The position numbers and the translations under genes are program-made. From Macrostomum hystrix (lineage: Eukaryota > Animalia > Platyhelminthes), in assembly GCA_950097015.1 (NCBI GenBank), contig CATNEN010000001.1:10416001-10480000 (forward strand): DNA of 64,000 nt. Direction: 5' to 3'. Of the stretch, positions 1-13,366 are shown one piece after another. Under the pieces are notes generated by a model, which saw only the letters and a program-made list of their open reading frames with translations, ran no database searches and was not told the origin of the DNA. Every line of letters begins with the position of its first letter. Within the stretch, counting starts at the first letter, position 1.

Positions 1-418
1 TCTTCCCCAATTCTCACCCTAGAATCACTCTCTCCCCCGATTCTCACCCTAGAATCACTCTCTTCCCCAATTCTCACCCTAGAATCACTCTCTCCCCCGA
101 TTCTCACCCTAGAATCACTCTCTCCCCAAATTCTCACCCTAGAATCACTCTCTTCCCCAATTCTCACCCTAGAATCACTCTCTTCCCCAATTCTCACCCT
201 AGAATCACTCTCTTCCCCAATTCTCACCCTAGAATCACTCTCTTCCCCAATTCTCACCCTAGAATCACTCTCGTCCCCAATTCTCACCCTAGAATCACTC
301 TCTCCCCAAATTCTCACCCTAGAATCACTCTCTCCCCAATTCACACCCTAGAATCACTCTCTTCCCCAATTCTCACCCTAGAATCACTCTCTCCCCCAAT
401 TCTTACCCTAGAATCACA
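1..418. repeat. 30-bp minisatellite (TCTTCCCCAATTCTCACCCTAGAATCACTC)n, probably intronic to the GPCR whose last exon follows
   Basis: About 14 near-identical 30-bp units, running off the window start. Confidence 0.97.
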
Positions 419-473
419 GAATTCTCCCCAGAGTTACTCCTCAAATACCAATATCAACCACAATATCGGCCAG

Positions 474-815
474 GTGTCCACAAGGGCCGTGTTGCGGGTC
501 ATGTTGGTAGCGCTGATATTCGCGCAATGCGAAGTGCCCACAACGGTCCTGGCGGCACTAGACAGCGGCGAAGAGAGCGCCAAAGTGGTTGCTAGCCGGG
601 TTGTCGGCAATCTATTCGTGATAGCCGACTCCTACTTCAATCTGGTGGTGATAGCTTTGACTAATCGGCGATTTCTAAGAAAAGCCGGCGAGCTGATGTC
701 CGGCAAGCCGCATCGGCTTCGTCACGTTGACGGCTTCTCGCCTAGAAACCTGCCCCTGCCGGCCAGGGAGTCCATATTCAGGCAGGGCCTGGTGGCTGGC
801 ACTGCGGCTGCTTGA
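474..815 (+). CDS. Terminal exon (TM6-TM7-helix 8 and tail) of a rhodopsin-like orphan GPCR; upstream exons lie outside the window
   Basis: CAG acceptor at 471-473. The translation TRAVLRVMLVALIFAQCEVP...GNLFVIADSYFNLVVIALTNRRF parallels ATRMIQILLAVFVCMEMP...SNLCVNLDSTCNFIIYMATNAMF of the GPCR at 13367. Confidence 0.7.
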   Translation: MSTRAVLRVMLVALIFAQCEVPTTVLAALDSGEESAKVVASRVVGNLFVIADSYFNLVVIALTNRRFLRKAGELMSGKPHRLRHVDGFSPRNLPLPARESIFRQGLVAGTAAA

Positions 816-924
816 TCTGAGCATGTTTTGCACTATTTGACTAAATTATTTTTTCGCGAAAAACTTTTTCATATCGATTTTTTCCTCTTGAGAGACTCTA
901 GTGGAGGATAAACTACTAAATTAA

Positions 925-2026
925 GATCTAGAGAGACTGATCTATAGATTTATATAGTGACTGATCTATAGATTTATCTAGTGACTGATCTATAGATTTA
1001 TCTAGTGACTGATCTATAGATTTATTTAGTGACTGATCTATAGATTTATCTAGTGACTGATCTATAGATTTATCTAGTGACTGATCTATAGATTTATCTA
1101 GTGACTGATCTATAGATTTATCAAGAGACTAATCTATAGATTTATCTAGTGACTGATCTATAGATTTATCAAGAGACTGATCTATATATTTATCAAGAGA
1201 CTGATCTATAGATTTATCTAGTGACTGATCTATAGATTTATTTAGTGACTGATCTATAGATTCATCTAGTGACTAATCTATAGATTTATCAAGAGACTGA
1301 TCTATAGATTTATCAAGAGACTGATCTATAGATTTATCAAGAGACTAATCTATAGATTTATCAAGAGACTAATCTATAGATTTATCAATAGACTGATCTA
1401 TAGATTTATTTAGAGACTAGTCTATAGATTTATCAAGATATTGATATATTGACAGATCTACAGACTGATCTATAGATTTATCAAGAGACTAATCTATAGA
1501 TTTATCAAGAGACTAATCTAACGATTTATCAATAGACTGATCTATAGATTTATCTAGAGACTAATCTATAGATTTACCAAGATATTGATATATTGACAGA
1601 TCTACAGACTGATCTATAGATTTATCTAGTGACTGATCTATAGATTTATCAAGAGACTAATCTATAGATTTATCTAGTGACTGATCTATAGATTTATCTA
1701 GTGACTAATCTATAGATTTATCTAGAGACTAATCTATAGATTTACCAAGATATTGATATATTGACAGATCTACAGACTGGTCTATATATTTATCTAGAGA
1801 CTAATCTATAGATTTACCAAGATATTGATATATTGACAGATCTACAGACTGATCTATATATTTATCTAGAGACTAATCTATTGATTTACCAAGATATTGA
1901 TATATTGACAGATCTACAGACTGATCTATAGATTTATCTAGAGACTAATCTATAGATTTACCAAGATATTGATATATTGACAGATCTACAGACTGATCTA
2001 TAGATTTATCTAGAGACTAATCTAGA
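925..2026. repeat. 24-bp minisatellite (GACTGATCTATAGATTTATCTAGT)n turning into a 72-bp higher-order repeat
   Basis: 24-bp period with palindromic core ATCTATAGAT. From about 1430 a divergent GATATTGATATATTGACAGATCTACA unit recurs, every 72 bp near the end. Confidence 0.95.
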
Positions 2027-2495
2027 TACAAATAAAAGTTTTAAGTAAATAATACATTCGTGTGCCATAGCCTTCTTATCGAATATCAAAACCTGAATAA
2101 ATTCTTCTCAATCTCCAAGAAATTTGTCTGCAGACATTGGCCCACAAGTATTGTGTTTCCACCTAAATGGTAGGTACGAATATTTATCAAATAATTACTT
2201 GTTGTTTTACTGCTCTAGATCAGCTCATTCCAAACCTTGAAAGCGAGACACAAAGAATCAGTTGTGAATTCATAGTTTGCTGACAAAATTCTTTGTCTAG
2301 GAGTAAATCCATATCGTGTAAACATCGATTTATTTATTTTTTTACTTTTTATCGTGTGATGCTCTCGTAATACAATCTGTTGATTTGCATGTCTAACAAA
2401 GGCTATCACTAACTGGTAATGATGAAAGCAACTTTAGAAAGTTATTTCATATTTCTACTTATTTCTCACTCCAGACTTACAGACAGAAGATAATA

Positions 2496-3347
2496 GAGAG
2501 GGTGAGACAGGGTGAGAGAGGGTGAGACAGGGTGAGACAGGGTGAGAGAGGGTGAGACAGGATGGGTGAGACAGGGTGAGAGAGGGTGAGAGAGGGTGGG
2601 TCAGACAGGGTGAGACAGGGTGAGAAAGGGTGAGTGAGGGTGAGATAGGGTGAGACAGGGTGAGACAGGGTGAGACAGGGTGAGACAGGGTGAGATAGGG
2701 TGAGACAGGGTGAGTGAGGGTGAGATAGGGTGAGACAGGGTGAGACAGGGTGAGACAGGGTGAGTGAGGGTGAGACAGGGTGAGACAGGGTGAGTGAGGG
2801 TGAGACAGGGTGAGACAGGGTGAGACAGGGTGAGACAGGGTGAGTGAGGGTGAGACAGGGTGAGTGAGGGTGAGACAGGGTGAGACAGGGTGAGACAGGG
2901 TGAGACAGGGTGAGTGAGGGTGAGTGAGGGTGAGACAGGGTGAGACAGGGTGAGTGAGGGTGAGTGAGGGTGAGACAGGGTGAGACAGGGCGAGACAGGG
3001 TGAGACAGGGTGAGTGAGGGTGAGACAGGGTGAGACAGGGTGAGACAGGGTGAGTGAGGGTGAGTGAGGGTGAGACAGGGTGAGACAGGGTGAGTGAGGG
3101 TGAGTGAGGGTGAGACAGGGTGAGACAGGGTGAGACAGGGTGAGATAGGGTGAGACAGGGTGAGTGAGGGTGAGATAGGGTGAGACAGGGTGAGACAGGG
3201 TGAGATAGGGTGAGACAGGGTGAGACAGGGTGAGACAGGGTGAGACAGGGTGAGACAGGGTGAGACAGGGTGAGACAGGGTGAGACAGGGTGAGACAGGG
3301 TGAGACAGGGTGAGACAGGGTGAGACAGGGTGAGACAGGGTGAGACA
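2496..3347. repeat. 10-bp minisatellite (GGGTGAGACA)n
   Basis: About 85 units with GGGTGAGTGA and GGGTGAGATA variants; source of the spurious 305 and 299 aa ORFs. Confidence 0.98.
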
Positions 3348-4082
3348 GAATATCCACGCAAAAGTTCAACAAACAATATTTTAGTACATTTTGTTACGAA
3401 ATCAACTCACGAACAGTTAATGGCAATCAAAATGAAAGCGGAACATAAACCAGGCAGTAAATGCAGAATTATTCACAATTTTACAATTTATTCTTAATCA
3501 TAGAAGGCTTTTCGCTTCAAAACTCGTGACAATTTGTGTGGCCTGAAATGGCGCAATCCTTTGATCTTCTTCTGTTAATCGAATCACGTAAGAAAAAAGT
3601 CTAGAAAACTAATAAAAAATAATTCTTTGACGAATGTAGTTTTCAACGAGTAATTGACGTCCTTGGGATTAACTCCCGGGATTATCGTTTGGTCGAGGTA
3701 AAGTCGACTTGATTACTTAATTAACAGCGAGATAATAAATTTATAAAACTACAGACTTTTCAAACTACACTACTAAAAGCAGGAATAGAAGGATATGCAT
3801 GTAATTTATTGGTCAGAGTGAGCATATAACACCAACGCACTTGCCCTCAAAATCCAGTCTGGACTTCACTCACTAGTATACTCACGCATCTAGACTTATC
3901 GATTATTCAATTCAGCATAGCCTGAACAACAACAAGCAGTGCATCCTACAAGATGCCAGAGAACTCTAAAAATCTGCTCAAACTTGACGCCAAGAATCCT
4001 CTGAATGTACTAATTAATTTGTATGTTACTAACTGCTCGCATATGTATTTTCGAAGGCTTTTAGACACCCTGTCTTATTAGC

Positions 4083-4532
4083 TCCCTCTCACCCTGTCTC
4101 ACTGTCTCTCTCACCCTGTCTCATTCTCTCCCTCTCACCCTGTCTCATTCTCTCCCTCCCACCCTGTCTCATTCTCTCCCTCTCACCCTGTCTCATTCTC
4201 TCCCTCTCACCCTGTCTCATTCTCTCCCTCTCACCCTGTCTCATTCTCTCCCTCTCACCCTGTCTCATTCTCTCCCTCTCACCCTGTCTCATTCTCTCCC
4301 TCTCCCCCAGTTTCATTCTCTCCCTCCCACCCTGTCTCATTCTCTCCCTCTCACCCTGTCTCATTCTCTCCCTCTCACCCTGTCTCATTCTCTCCCTCTC
4401 ACCCTGTCTCATTCTCTCCCTCTCCCCCAGTTTCATTCTCTCCCTCCCACCCTGTCTCATTCTCTCCCTCTCACCCTGTCTCATTCTCTCCCTCTCACCC
4501 TGTCTCATTCTCTCCCTCTCACCCTGTCTCTC
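4083..4532. repeat. 24-bp minisatellite (CTCTCACCCTGTCTCATTCTCTCC)n
   Basis: About 18 units; contains the reverse complement of the 10-bp unit at 2496-3347. Confidence 0.96.
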
Positions 4533-4779
4533 TAAAAGTTATTTTTCGCAATTCAGATTACGTGTTTAAAATGAAATTCTAGGAACTCTTGTACTGATGC
4601 GTCTGTTACCCGTTCCTTTTTACCTGGCTCATGTCTATCAGATAGCAATGATTTTCCTTTGAAGTGTCGCTGCTTTTTCATCGTGTTTTTTTCTAATGTG
4701 TTTTAATCACAGTCTAACATCTAAGAGAATTTTTCTGGCCAATTTTGATCCTGGCTTCACTAATCTCATATCCCGCTGC

Positions 4780-5330
4780 AATCCTACTCAAATCCCACTA
4801 TAATACTAGTATAATCCAACTTAAATCCTCAACAGTCCACAGTAATCACACCTTAATTAAACTCAAATCCTACTCTAATTTTAATCTAACCCTACTCTAA
4901 CGATACTAATACCCCTCTTTTCCACTCTAATCCCACTCAAATCTACTCTAATCTCAAATTAACCCCACTCTAATCCCACTCAAATCTACTCTAATCTCAA
5001 ATTAACCCCACTCTAATCCCACTCAAATCTACTCTAATCTCAAATTAACCCCACTCTTATCCTACTCTAATCCCACTCTAGTCCCATTCTAAACCTACTC
5101 TCATCCCACTCTAATCTCAGTCTAATCCCACTCTAATCCCACTCTCATCTCACTATAATCCCACTCTAATCCCACTTTAATAGCAATCTAATCCCACTCT
5201 AACCCTACTCTAATCCCAGTCTAATCCCACTCTAATCCCACTCTAATCCCACTCTATCTCACTCTAATCCCACTCTAATCCCACTCTAATCTCACTCTAA
5301 TCCCACTCTAATACCACTCTAATCTACAAT
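4780..5330. repeat. Degenerate 11-bp minisatellite (TAATCCCACTC)n
   Basis: Repeated CTCTAATCCCA units, cleanest at 5060-5325. Confidence 0.9.
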
Positions 5331-5770
5331 CCAAAATAATTAATATGAAGGCTACATTAATATGACATCCCCAAATTTCAGAAAAATCTCGAGATTTTAA
5401 TGTAGGCCAAGTGACCATTAAAGCATTTCCTGGATTGTACTCGTAAAACATGGTCGACATATACGAGTATTTTATATAGTTTTCCTGAAAAAAACACTAA
5501 AATTAGCTAGCTGAGGAGAGAAAAGTAATTGAAATGGAAATGAAGCTCAGGATTTACCAAAAAAGAACATTTTCCCCAGAGGCCAGTCGAATCAATGATT
5601 CGAGTTTATAAGAATGACGCCTCAAACTTTCGGGCGATATTGAAAATCGATTCACTATTCTGACAACAGGCTGCACTTTCCTTTTTAACATCGCACATTT
5701 CAAATCCAAGTTGCTAGCTGAGGTGAGGAACAAATCTTATTACGATTGCTGTCAAAAATCACTCAAGAAC

Positions 5771-5966
5771 TTAATAATAAAATAATATTAATAATTGAAG
5801 GAGGGCTGCGGGCAATGGCACATCACTTTGAATAGGAAATTTCGAACAGTTCGCTGACTCCTGAGCACACACTCATACAGGTGTGTACACCGTCAGGCAG
5901 TGAATGAATGTGGCCTCGCTGCGGAAACCAACTCAAGGACATTGGTGCGAGAGACAAACGCGTTGA
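5771..5966 (-). mobile_element. Internally deleted copy of tRNA-derived SINE family A
   Basis: Shares blocks GGGCTGCGGGCAATGGCACATCA, TTCGCTGACTCCTGAGCACAC, CAGGTGTGTACA and TTGGTGCGAGAG with the full copies; ATT-rich tail. Confidence 0.8.
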
Positions 5967-6027
5967 CGTTTGTGAACTTTCAGGGTCGCCTCTGTTGTAG
6001 ACTTTTAAAAAGTTATGAAAGGTTTGC

Positions 6028-6552
6028 TTCTAAATATAGAATGGGTTACCCAGTCTAGTTTCTAAATATAGAATGGGGTAACCCAGTCTAGTTTCTAAAT
6101 ATAGAATGGACCAAGTCTAGTTTCTAAATATAGAATTGGTTACCCAGTCTAGTTTCTAAATATAGAATGGGTTACCCAGTCTAGTTTCTAAATATAGAAT
6201 GGGGTTACCCAGTCTAGTTTCTAAATATAGAATGGGTTACCCAGTCTAGTTTCTAAATATTGAATGGGTTACCCAGTCTAGTTTCTAAATATAGAATGGG
6301 TTACCAAGTCTAGTTTCTAAATATAGAATGGGTTACCCAGTCTAGTTTCTAAATATAGAATGGGTTACCAAGTCTAGTTTCTAAATATAGAATGGGTTAC
6401 CCAGTCTAGTTTCTAAATATAGAATGGGTTACCAAGTCTAGTTTCTAAATATAGAATGGGTTACCCAGTCTAGTTTCTAAATATAGAATGGGGTTACCCA
6501 GTCTAGTTTCTAAATATTGAATGGGTTACCCAGTCTAGTTTCTAAAAATAGA
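6028..6552. repeat. 32-bp minisatellite (TCTAAATATAGAATGGGTTACCCAGTCTAGTT)n
   Basis: About 16 units. Confidence 0.97.
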
Positions 6553-7283
6553 CTCCCGAAGAGACTTTAAAAAGTGCAAGCACAGAGTCAAAATTGAGTC
6601 ATTAATTTTCATTTATTTTAGGTCCCTTAGCACAAACTCACGCAGTTCCAAATAAAGGCATTCTAATAATTAGGAATCAAACGAAAGCACGTACGTTACT
6701 TTGGGAAAGGTTGGACTTTGTTAAATCAAAGGCACGAATACTGATCCCATAGGCACAGTGTAGTCTAGACTTGGATTGCAAAATTAATATAAACAAATCT
6801 GCCTTGCCTATACCTGATTTGGCTAACTGTCAGTTACTTCTATAGGCCCCAAAATTGACTGACATTTATCTATCCATTACGTTGGGGCTTTGCCTAATTC
6901 TCCATGGTAGGCGGAGCTACAACAGCAACGGGTTTTTAGGCCTGCTACGGCAAACCACTCGACGAAATGTCACAAAATTGGGAGCCGCAAACTAACATTT
7001 GCATGCATTTTTTATAATATGATCAAATCGAATGAAAGATGAAGATGTGTTACATGCATGTTGCATTTTTGGTCACGTGTGAAATGAATTCTGTGCCTAT
7101 GAAATTGAAATTCGAATTTAGGCACGCTGTCCTGCAGGTGTTAGCTTGCAAAAATCTATTTTTAATTGGCTTGCGTCATTTTTAGATGATTTTTAGAGAA
7201 TTAAAATTTTATTAGCCAGCGAAAACTGATATACTGACGAAAGCATGAATTGAAAAAGTAGAGCAGATAAAGTTATTGCAGAT

Positions 7284-8077
7284 GTTAGGAGTAGCTAGGG
7301 AGGTTTTAAGAGTAGCTAAGGAGGTCTTAGGAGTAGCTAAGGAGGTCTTAGGAGTAGCTAAGGAGGTTTTAGGAGTAGCTAAGGAGGTTTTAGGAGTAGC
7401 TAAGGAGGTTTTTGGAGTGGGTAAGAAGGTTTTAGGAGTAGGTAAGGAGGTTTAGGAGTAGGTAAGGAGGTTTAGGAGTAGGTAAGAAGGTTTTAGGAGT
7501 AGGTAAGGAGGTTTAGGAGTAGGTAAGGAGGTTTAGGAGTAGCTAAGGAGGTCTTAGGAGTAGCTAAGGAGGTTTTAGGAATATCTGAGGAGGTTTTAGG
7601 AGTAGCTAAGGAGGTCTTTTAGGAGTAGGTAAGGAGGTTTTAGGAGTAGCTAAGGAAGTTTTAGGAGTAGGTAAGGAGGTTTTAGGAGTAGGTAAGGAGG
7701 TTTTAGGAGTAGCTAAGGAGGTTTTAGGAGTAGCTAAGGATGTTTTAGGAGTAGCTAAGGAGGTTTTAGGAGTAGCTAAGGAGGTTTTAGGAATATCTGA
7801 GGAGGTTTTAGGAGTAGCTAAGGAGGTCTTTTAGGAGTAGGTAAGAAGGTCTTAGGAATATCTGAGGAGGTTTTAGGAGTAGCTCAGGAGGTCTTTTAGG
7901 AGTAGGTAAGGAGGTCTTAGGAATATCTGAGGAGGTTTTAGGAGTAGCTCAGGAGGTTTTGGAGTAGCTAAAGAGGTTTTAGGAGTAGCTAAGGAAGTTT
8001 TAGGAGTAGCTAAGGAAGTTTTAGGAGTAGGTAAGGAGGCTTTAGGAGTAGGTAAGGAGGTTTTAGGAGTAGCTAAA
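7284..8077. repeat. 21-bp minisatellite (TTAGGAGTAGCTAAGGAGGTT)n
   Basis: About 38 units with variants. Confidence 0.96.
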
Positions 8078-9345
8078 GGTACGTAGATTTCAACCGAGTG
8101 TTTGAAGGTGTGTAAAAATGCAGTTATATTCATGCGGTTTAAATTTCTGAGTATTCGCGTTCTAAAGAAGTTCGCCTGCACCCTGAAACTGATAACGCAG
8201 TTCGCTCTAAAGATACTCGGATATACCGCAGGTTCTTTAGCACTACGGGGGCTGGGTAGGAAGCTACAGACTTTATTCGAGCTTGAAATTCTAGCGGTCT
8301 CGGTCTCTACCTAGTCAAATACTCAGTTCGGGGGTTTGTCAACAAGCCACTGGGTGTTAGTGCGATCTGATACAACCAACATTTTCCCCTTTTTTATCCA
8401 AATCTTTTATCTCTAGATAATATTTCGAGATTTTTGTTAAAAGCCACATGACACAAGACACATTGCTGGTTTTTTTCGTTAGAAGATAATCTACGCCATT
8501 GATTGTGTGTCACCAATCTCTTTGCTTGTCTGGGCGAGTTCTTGAGTTTGAGCAAACTTGCACTTTTTTAAAGAGATTTTATTTAGAGATTAATTAGAAA
8601 TTTGCTTGAAATCATACACATTTGATCGGTCTAATTGGACTAATCGATGTTGAATAACGCTACAGAATCTCTTGGTTTTGTACTTTAATAGATCTTCTTG
8701 GGATCTACTTCGTTGTTAAGAATATCAAAAGACTGCCTGTCGGTGGGAGCTTCTATAGTCAGAGGCTGTCTATGGTAAAAAATGACGAATCAGTCTTTAG
8801 TTAAAGTACTCGTACCAAAGACTATTTAGAACCATGGACCATGGCTTAGGATTAAGGGAAGTATCAAGCGGCAAATACCATAGACAATAAACCATATTAG
8901 CGGGAAAGACATGGATTCCTCAACTTGTCTCATTCTTATGGAAAGTTTCCATCGCAAGTTTCAATTTCAAAAAACCTCCAATTTCGCGTGGACAACGAGT
9001 CAGCGTTGAGTCGGATAGTCAGTTGGTTTAGCCCCTTAGTTTCAAAGTACTATCGTTTCATTTCTAGAAAAGTTTACAAAAATAATCAAAAATAAACAAG
9101 ATACTAATTTAAAGGGCAAGTAATTTTTTACAAGACGAACTCAAGTTCAAGATAAAGAAAATTCGTAATGTTCTCAATCTGATTCAAATGAATGTCGAAT
9201 GGTTTCGGAATAATTGTGCAATACATTTTCTCAATCTGACAATTAAGAAAAAAAACATGCGAACTTTTGAACTATTGGTGTCCGAGTACGCACCAACTTT
9301 GAGTGAGTTGGAAACGCCATAGCAACCATGCAGCGTTCTATGGGC

Positions 9346-9355
9346 TATAAATAAG
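9346..9355 (+). promoter_or_regulatory. TATA box of the CYP gene
   Basis: TATAAATAAG 88 bp upstream of the ATG; the same 10-mer precedes the MMP gene. Confidence 0.6.
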
Positions 9356-9433
9356 GGAGTGTTTTCAGACAAACCCATAAAAAGTGTCGACAAACAGTTC
9401 AATATTATCCTTAAACAGAGGTCAATAGTTAGA

Positions 9434-12036
9434 ATGCTTTTCGTATTCGTCCTTGGAGCTCTGGCCAGCGTCCTTGGTGTCATCGTACTGTTGAAACAAT
9501 TCAACGGTCGACGAACCTCGAGTGGTCAGTCGCGTCGTCGCCAACTGATTGAAGCTCCGGGTCCTGGCGGCTACCCGCTGCTCGGCAGTCTCCTGCATGT
9601 TCGACACCCGCTGTACAAATTCCTGGCCGAACGCTTCCCCAAGGAGGACGTCGTGCTGATGTACTTCGGCAGCCAGAGGGTGTACTGCCTAAACTCGACT
9701 AGAGCGATCAAGGAGGCATACTCCAACCAGGCTGACGTGTTCGCTGGCAGGCCGAGGCTTCTCGGCGACAGTCTGGTGGGCGACACCGGCGGTCTGGTGT
9801 TCATCGATGGTCCGGTGTGGCGAGACTATCGACGCTTCACGCTCAGGACGCTGCGAGATTTCGGCTTCGGGAAATCGTTTACGGAATCGAGCATCGTGGA
9901 GGAGATCAACGTGATGCGGTGAGTAGGACTCACTACTAGGAGTTCGAACCTTAGCCAAAGGGAAATAGTTTATGCCATTTAAGGCCACACTGATTTAACT
10001 AAGTCACTGTTTGGGAGGCCAGTTTAGAGGCTATAGGATACTTGCTTCTAAAAGAGACTCTTAGTTAGACTCTTTGTTTACTTTGTCCTGTAATTCTCTT
10101 ACTTAAAGTTTTGCTTATTTTATGCTGTAGTTGTGCGACTCGATAATCTGTAGTAGCTGGAGCGTTTGGCTCAAATATCCGCGTCGATTGCGCATAGAAA
10201 GCTGCTTCGTGCAGCAGGACAGGGAAGGAGAGACTCTAGGAAAAAAACAGAAAGGGCTAACATTGTCTTAGACAAACTCAGCTCAATTCCTATGCAATAC
10301 AGTAATTGATTCCCAACTATAAGCTAGATTGAGGCGGTTTGATCAAATTGGAGGCCCCAGACTTGAGGTCTCCTGTTTAAACATTACTTTTTCCATTGAA
10401 CCGCTCAGATCTCCCAGTTTGCCTGACCCTGAGTCCACAAAAGTCTCGTTGCCATGGGCAGATTGGAACAGACAGCTAACCGACAATAGAATGCAGAAAT
10501 GCAACGGGATGCAAGACAATATTGGCGACCTCTGAAAAGCGCGAATGGTTTGGCATGCAGGAATCGATGTGGATTTGGTGCCAGTATATTTGCTCAGATC
10601 GGTCAAGTGAGTCGATCCATTCAGAGTCGCAAATTTGCCGAATTCCAGAGAAGAAATCGAAGCCCGCCCGGGCGAGAAGTTTGACTCCAGCAAGCTGGTG
10701 GGCACCGCCGTGTCCAACGTCATCTGCCGATTCCTATTCGGTCGCCGTCTGGCCTCGGAAGATCCCAAGTTTGAGCTGCTGCAGAACACATTCGCCAGGC
10801 TCACCCAGGAGAAAGACAACATAAGCGAGCTGTTTGCCCTGTTCATTGTGCTCACATTGTGCGGTGGCAGGCAGGCGCTCGCGCTGCGTCTGCTCCAGTA
10901 CGTGCCTGAAGCCAAGAGAGTGTTCGACAACTTTCTGTACATGCTGGCCTACTGCAGGGACATCAGCAGCGAGCACCGGGCCAACTTTCTGCCCGACTGC
11001 CAGCCGAAGGACTACATTGAGGCCCACATGCTACACTGCAGTAGACGGGTGAGTTGCTGATGGGTTGAGAGTGTGGGGTATTTCAAATACAATTTAACCA
11101 ATCCAAAATAGTATAAAATCATAGCCGACATGCTTACATGATGAAATTTCATGAGCAGAAAAGTTATCTGATAGTCAAAAGTTTCATCGGATAGAGCGGA
11201 AAATTTTAGCCGGCCTTCTGAATTTTTTCATGGCAATCGTTTGAATAATTTGGGAGATATATAAAAAAGAGAAATGAGAGTATTTCTCGACAAACATTCA
11301 GGAGCCTGAAGGCGCGTCAACTGAAGACTCGGAGGAAGACGAAGCAACCGCGAGAAAGAAGCTTCAGGAAAAAGAGAAGCAACCATGGCTGTTTAACGAC
11401 ACCCGGCTTTGTCTGGCCATGGCCGACCTGTTCATTGCCGGTAGTGACACCACCAGCACTACAATCCGCTGGGCACTGCTGCTGTTCCACCAGAACCCCG
11501 ACTGCTACCGGCTGGCAGCCGAGGAGGTGGGTCGCGAGATCGGCTTCGACCGTCCACCGGCGATGAAGGACCGTCTGAAATGCCACTACCTGCAGGCCTG
11601 CATTGATGAGGTTCACAGGTGCGCATGTCTAGTACCGCTCGGCCTGCTCCACCGCTGCCTGGAGGACACCCAGCTTCTCGGCTACGACATCCCCAAGGAC
11701 TCGTTGACCTTCGTCAACCAGTACACGATCAACAATAATGCCGAGGTGTTCCCGCAGCCGGAAAGATTCCGTCCGGAGCGCTTCCTGGACACTGAAGGTC
11801 GCTACTCACCCAGTGAGCACGTGATGCCGTTTTCAACCGGCAAGCGAGCCTGCCTGGGCGAGAGCCTGGCCCGCATGGAACTCTTTCTCATCATTGCCGG
11901 CTTTCTGCAGCGCTACGAGCGAATCGAACTCGAATCCGAGGCTGGCGACGATTTGACAGCCGGGCCGCAGCTGAAGACCACTCCTGGAGACATCCGGGCA
12001 CCGCCGCCGTTCACGCTGCGCTTTCATCCGCGATAA
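9434..12036 (+). CDS. Cytochrome P450, clan 2 (CYP2-like), 3 exons, about 539 aa
   Basis: Exons 9434-9918, 10649-11048 and 11302-12036 with GT-AG sites and consistent phases (2,0). N-terminal TM anchor, PGPGGYPLLG hinge, WxxxR, I-helix AGSDTT, K-helix EVHR, PERF and heme motif FSTGKRACLG; AATAAA at 12200. Confidence 0.95.
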
Positions 12037-13366
12037 GCGGCTATTTGAGCAGCTTCCGTGTTGTCGTTTTCAACTCATTATGTATCTATTCGCATTGTTT
12101 GGCCAGTTGTAACGAAGTCTTTGCTACAGCTCATCTGAGTTAGAGACTTGATCAGAACAATGCTCCATAAATAATCACATTATATGATTTTCATATCGCA
12201 ATAAAATGACCCAAGTCCCGATTCTTTTATTTACTCAAGAGGTCGAAAATTGCACGTTTTACGCCTTTTTTAACCGAATCGACCTCCAAGTAACATTCTC
12301 TCTGTAAACTTTATACACATTTAATTCTCCACATTGAAAGAAATGTTCCAGTTTTTCTGTTCCGCTTTATCAAAATAGAGATCAAATAGATGGCGTTTTT
12401 TTAACATTCAACTCATAAACAAATTTATTGCACTTTAGAGTATTTCATTTGCCAGTAGAAAATCGGGTGTTAGGGAGGCCTGAATATCATCAGACCTGAT
12501 GTTTCTTTCCAATGTCTCCACCGACGAGGTGAAGCTTCATCAACATAAAAAGCAGCAATGCTGTCTCTCCGGACGCTTGAATGACGGGTTGAACAGCGGC
12601 GGCTCTGACTGAGCGGCTCGTCGTGATTTAACAACCGATTTTGTCAGGCAACATGGCCCACAGCCGATGATGAGGCGAAAACGTATTAACCCCTTATTCA
12701 CGCTAATTATCAGAGGCTGTATAAACACAGTCTCTCTCAGGGCCAGAGAGGTGAGAGCCATCGAGACACGAAACTAGACGAAGAGAGAGAGCGTGATTGG
12801 GTTTGCAGAAAGATGTGCAGTTTCCGGAATCCTGAGGGTTGATGCCTGGTTTTAGGCACGGTGGCTTTGTTGTCGGTGTCTGGTTGAAAGATCTTTGGAT
12901 GTCTAGAAGTACAGAACGTACTCGGCTGGCTGATGAATAAACGGCATCGGCATTGTAATCTTAGTTTATTTTCTTTACAATAATTAATTTAAAGTTAAAG
13001 GTATAAAAAATACAGCTAAATATAGAGCTGCAACCATTTTAAGTTCTGAGTCATGCAGATTCTAAATTCACACTGGGCTTTAAATTGATTCCTGAAACAC
13101 GGCGTGTTTTTTGTTTTTGTTTTTGTTTTAATTTTATTTTAATTTCCCTTTCCACGTCCGTTTCGCAGTACAGCTAGTTTTCTCCCATGGGCCGTGCGGC
13201 ATGGACCAATCAGCGCCCGACTTGAAGGACTCGGACAGGGAGAGACAGAAGCGACGGCTGGCCTGTGGGAAAACTGGAGATAAATCATTGGGAGAGAAGC
13301 GATCAAGGGCTATAAAAAACGAGTTAATCAAAATCGTGTTGATTCTAACAGCACTCACACGGCAGC

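Noticed and set aside
7284-8077. Telomeric repeat
   Set aside because: The unit is a 21-mer containing TTAGGA, not tandem TTAGGG
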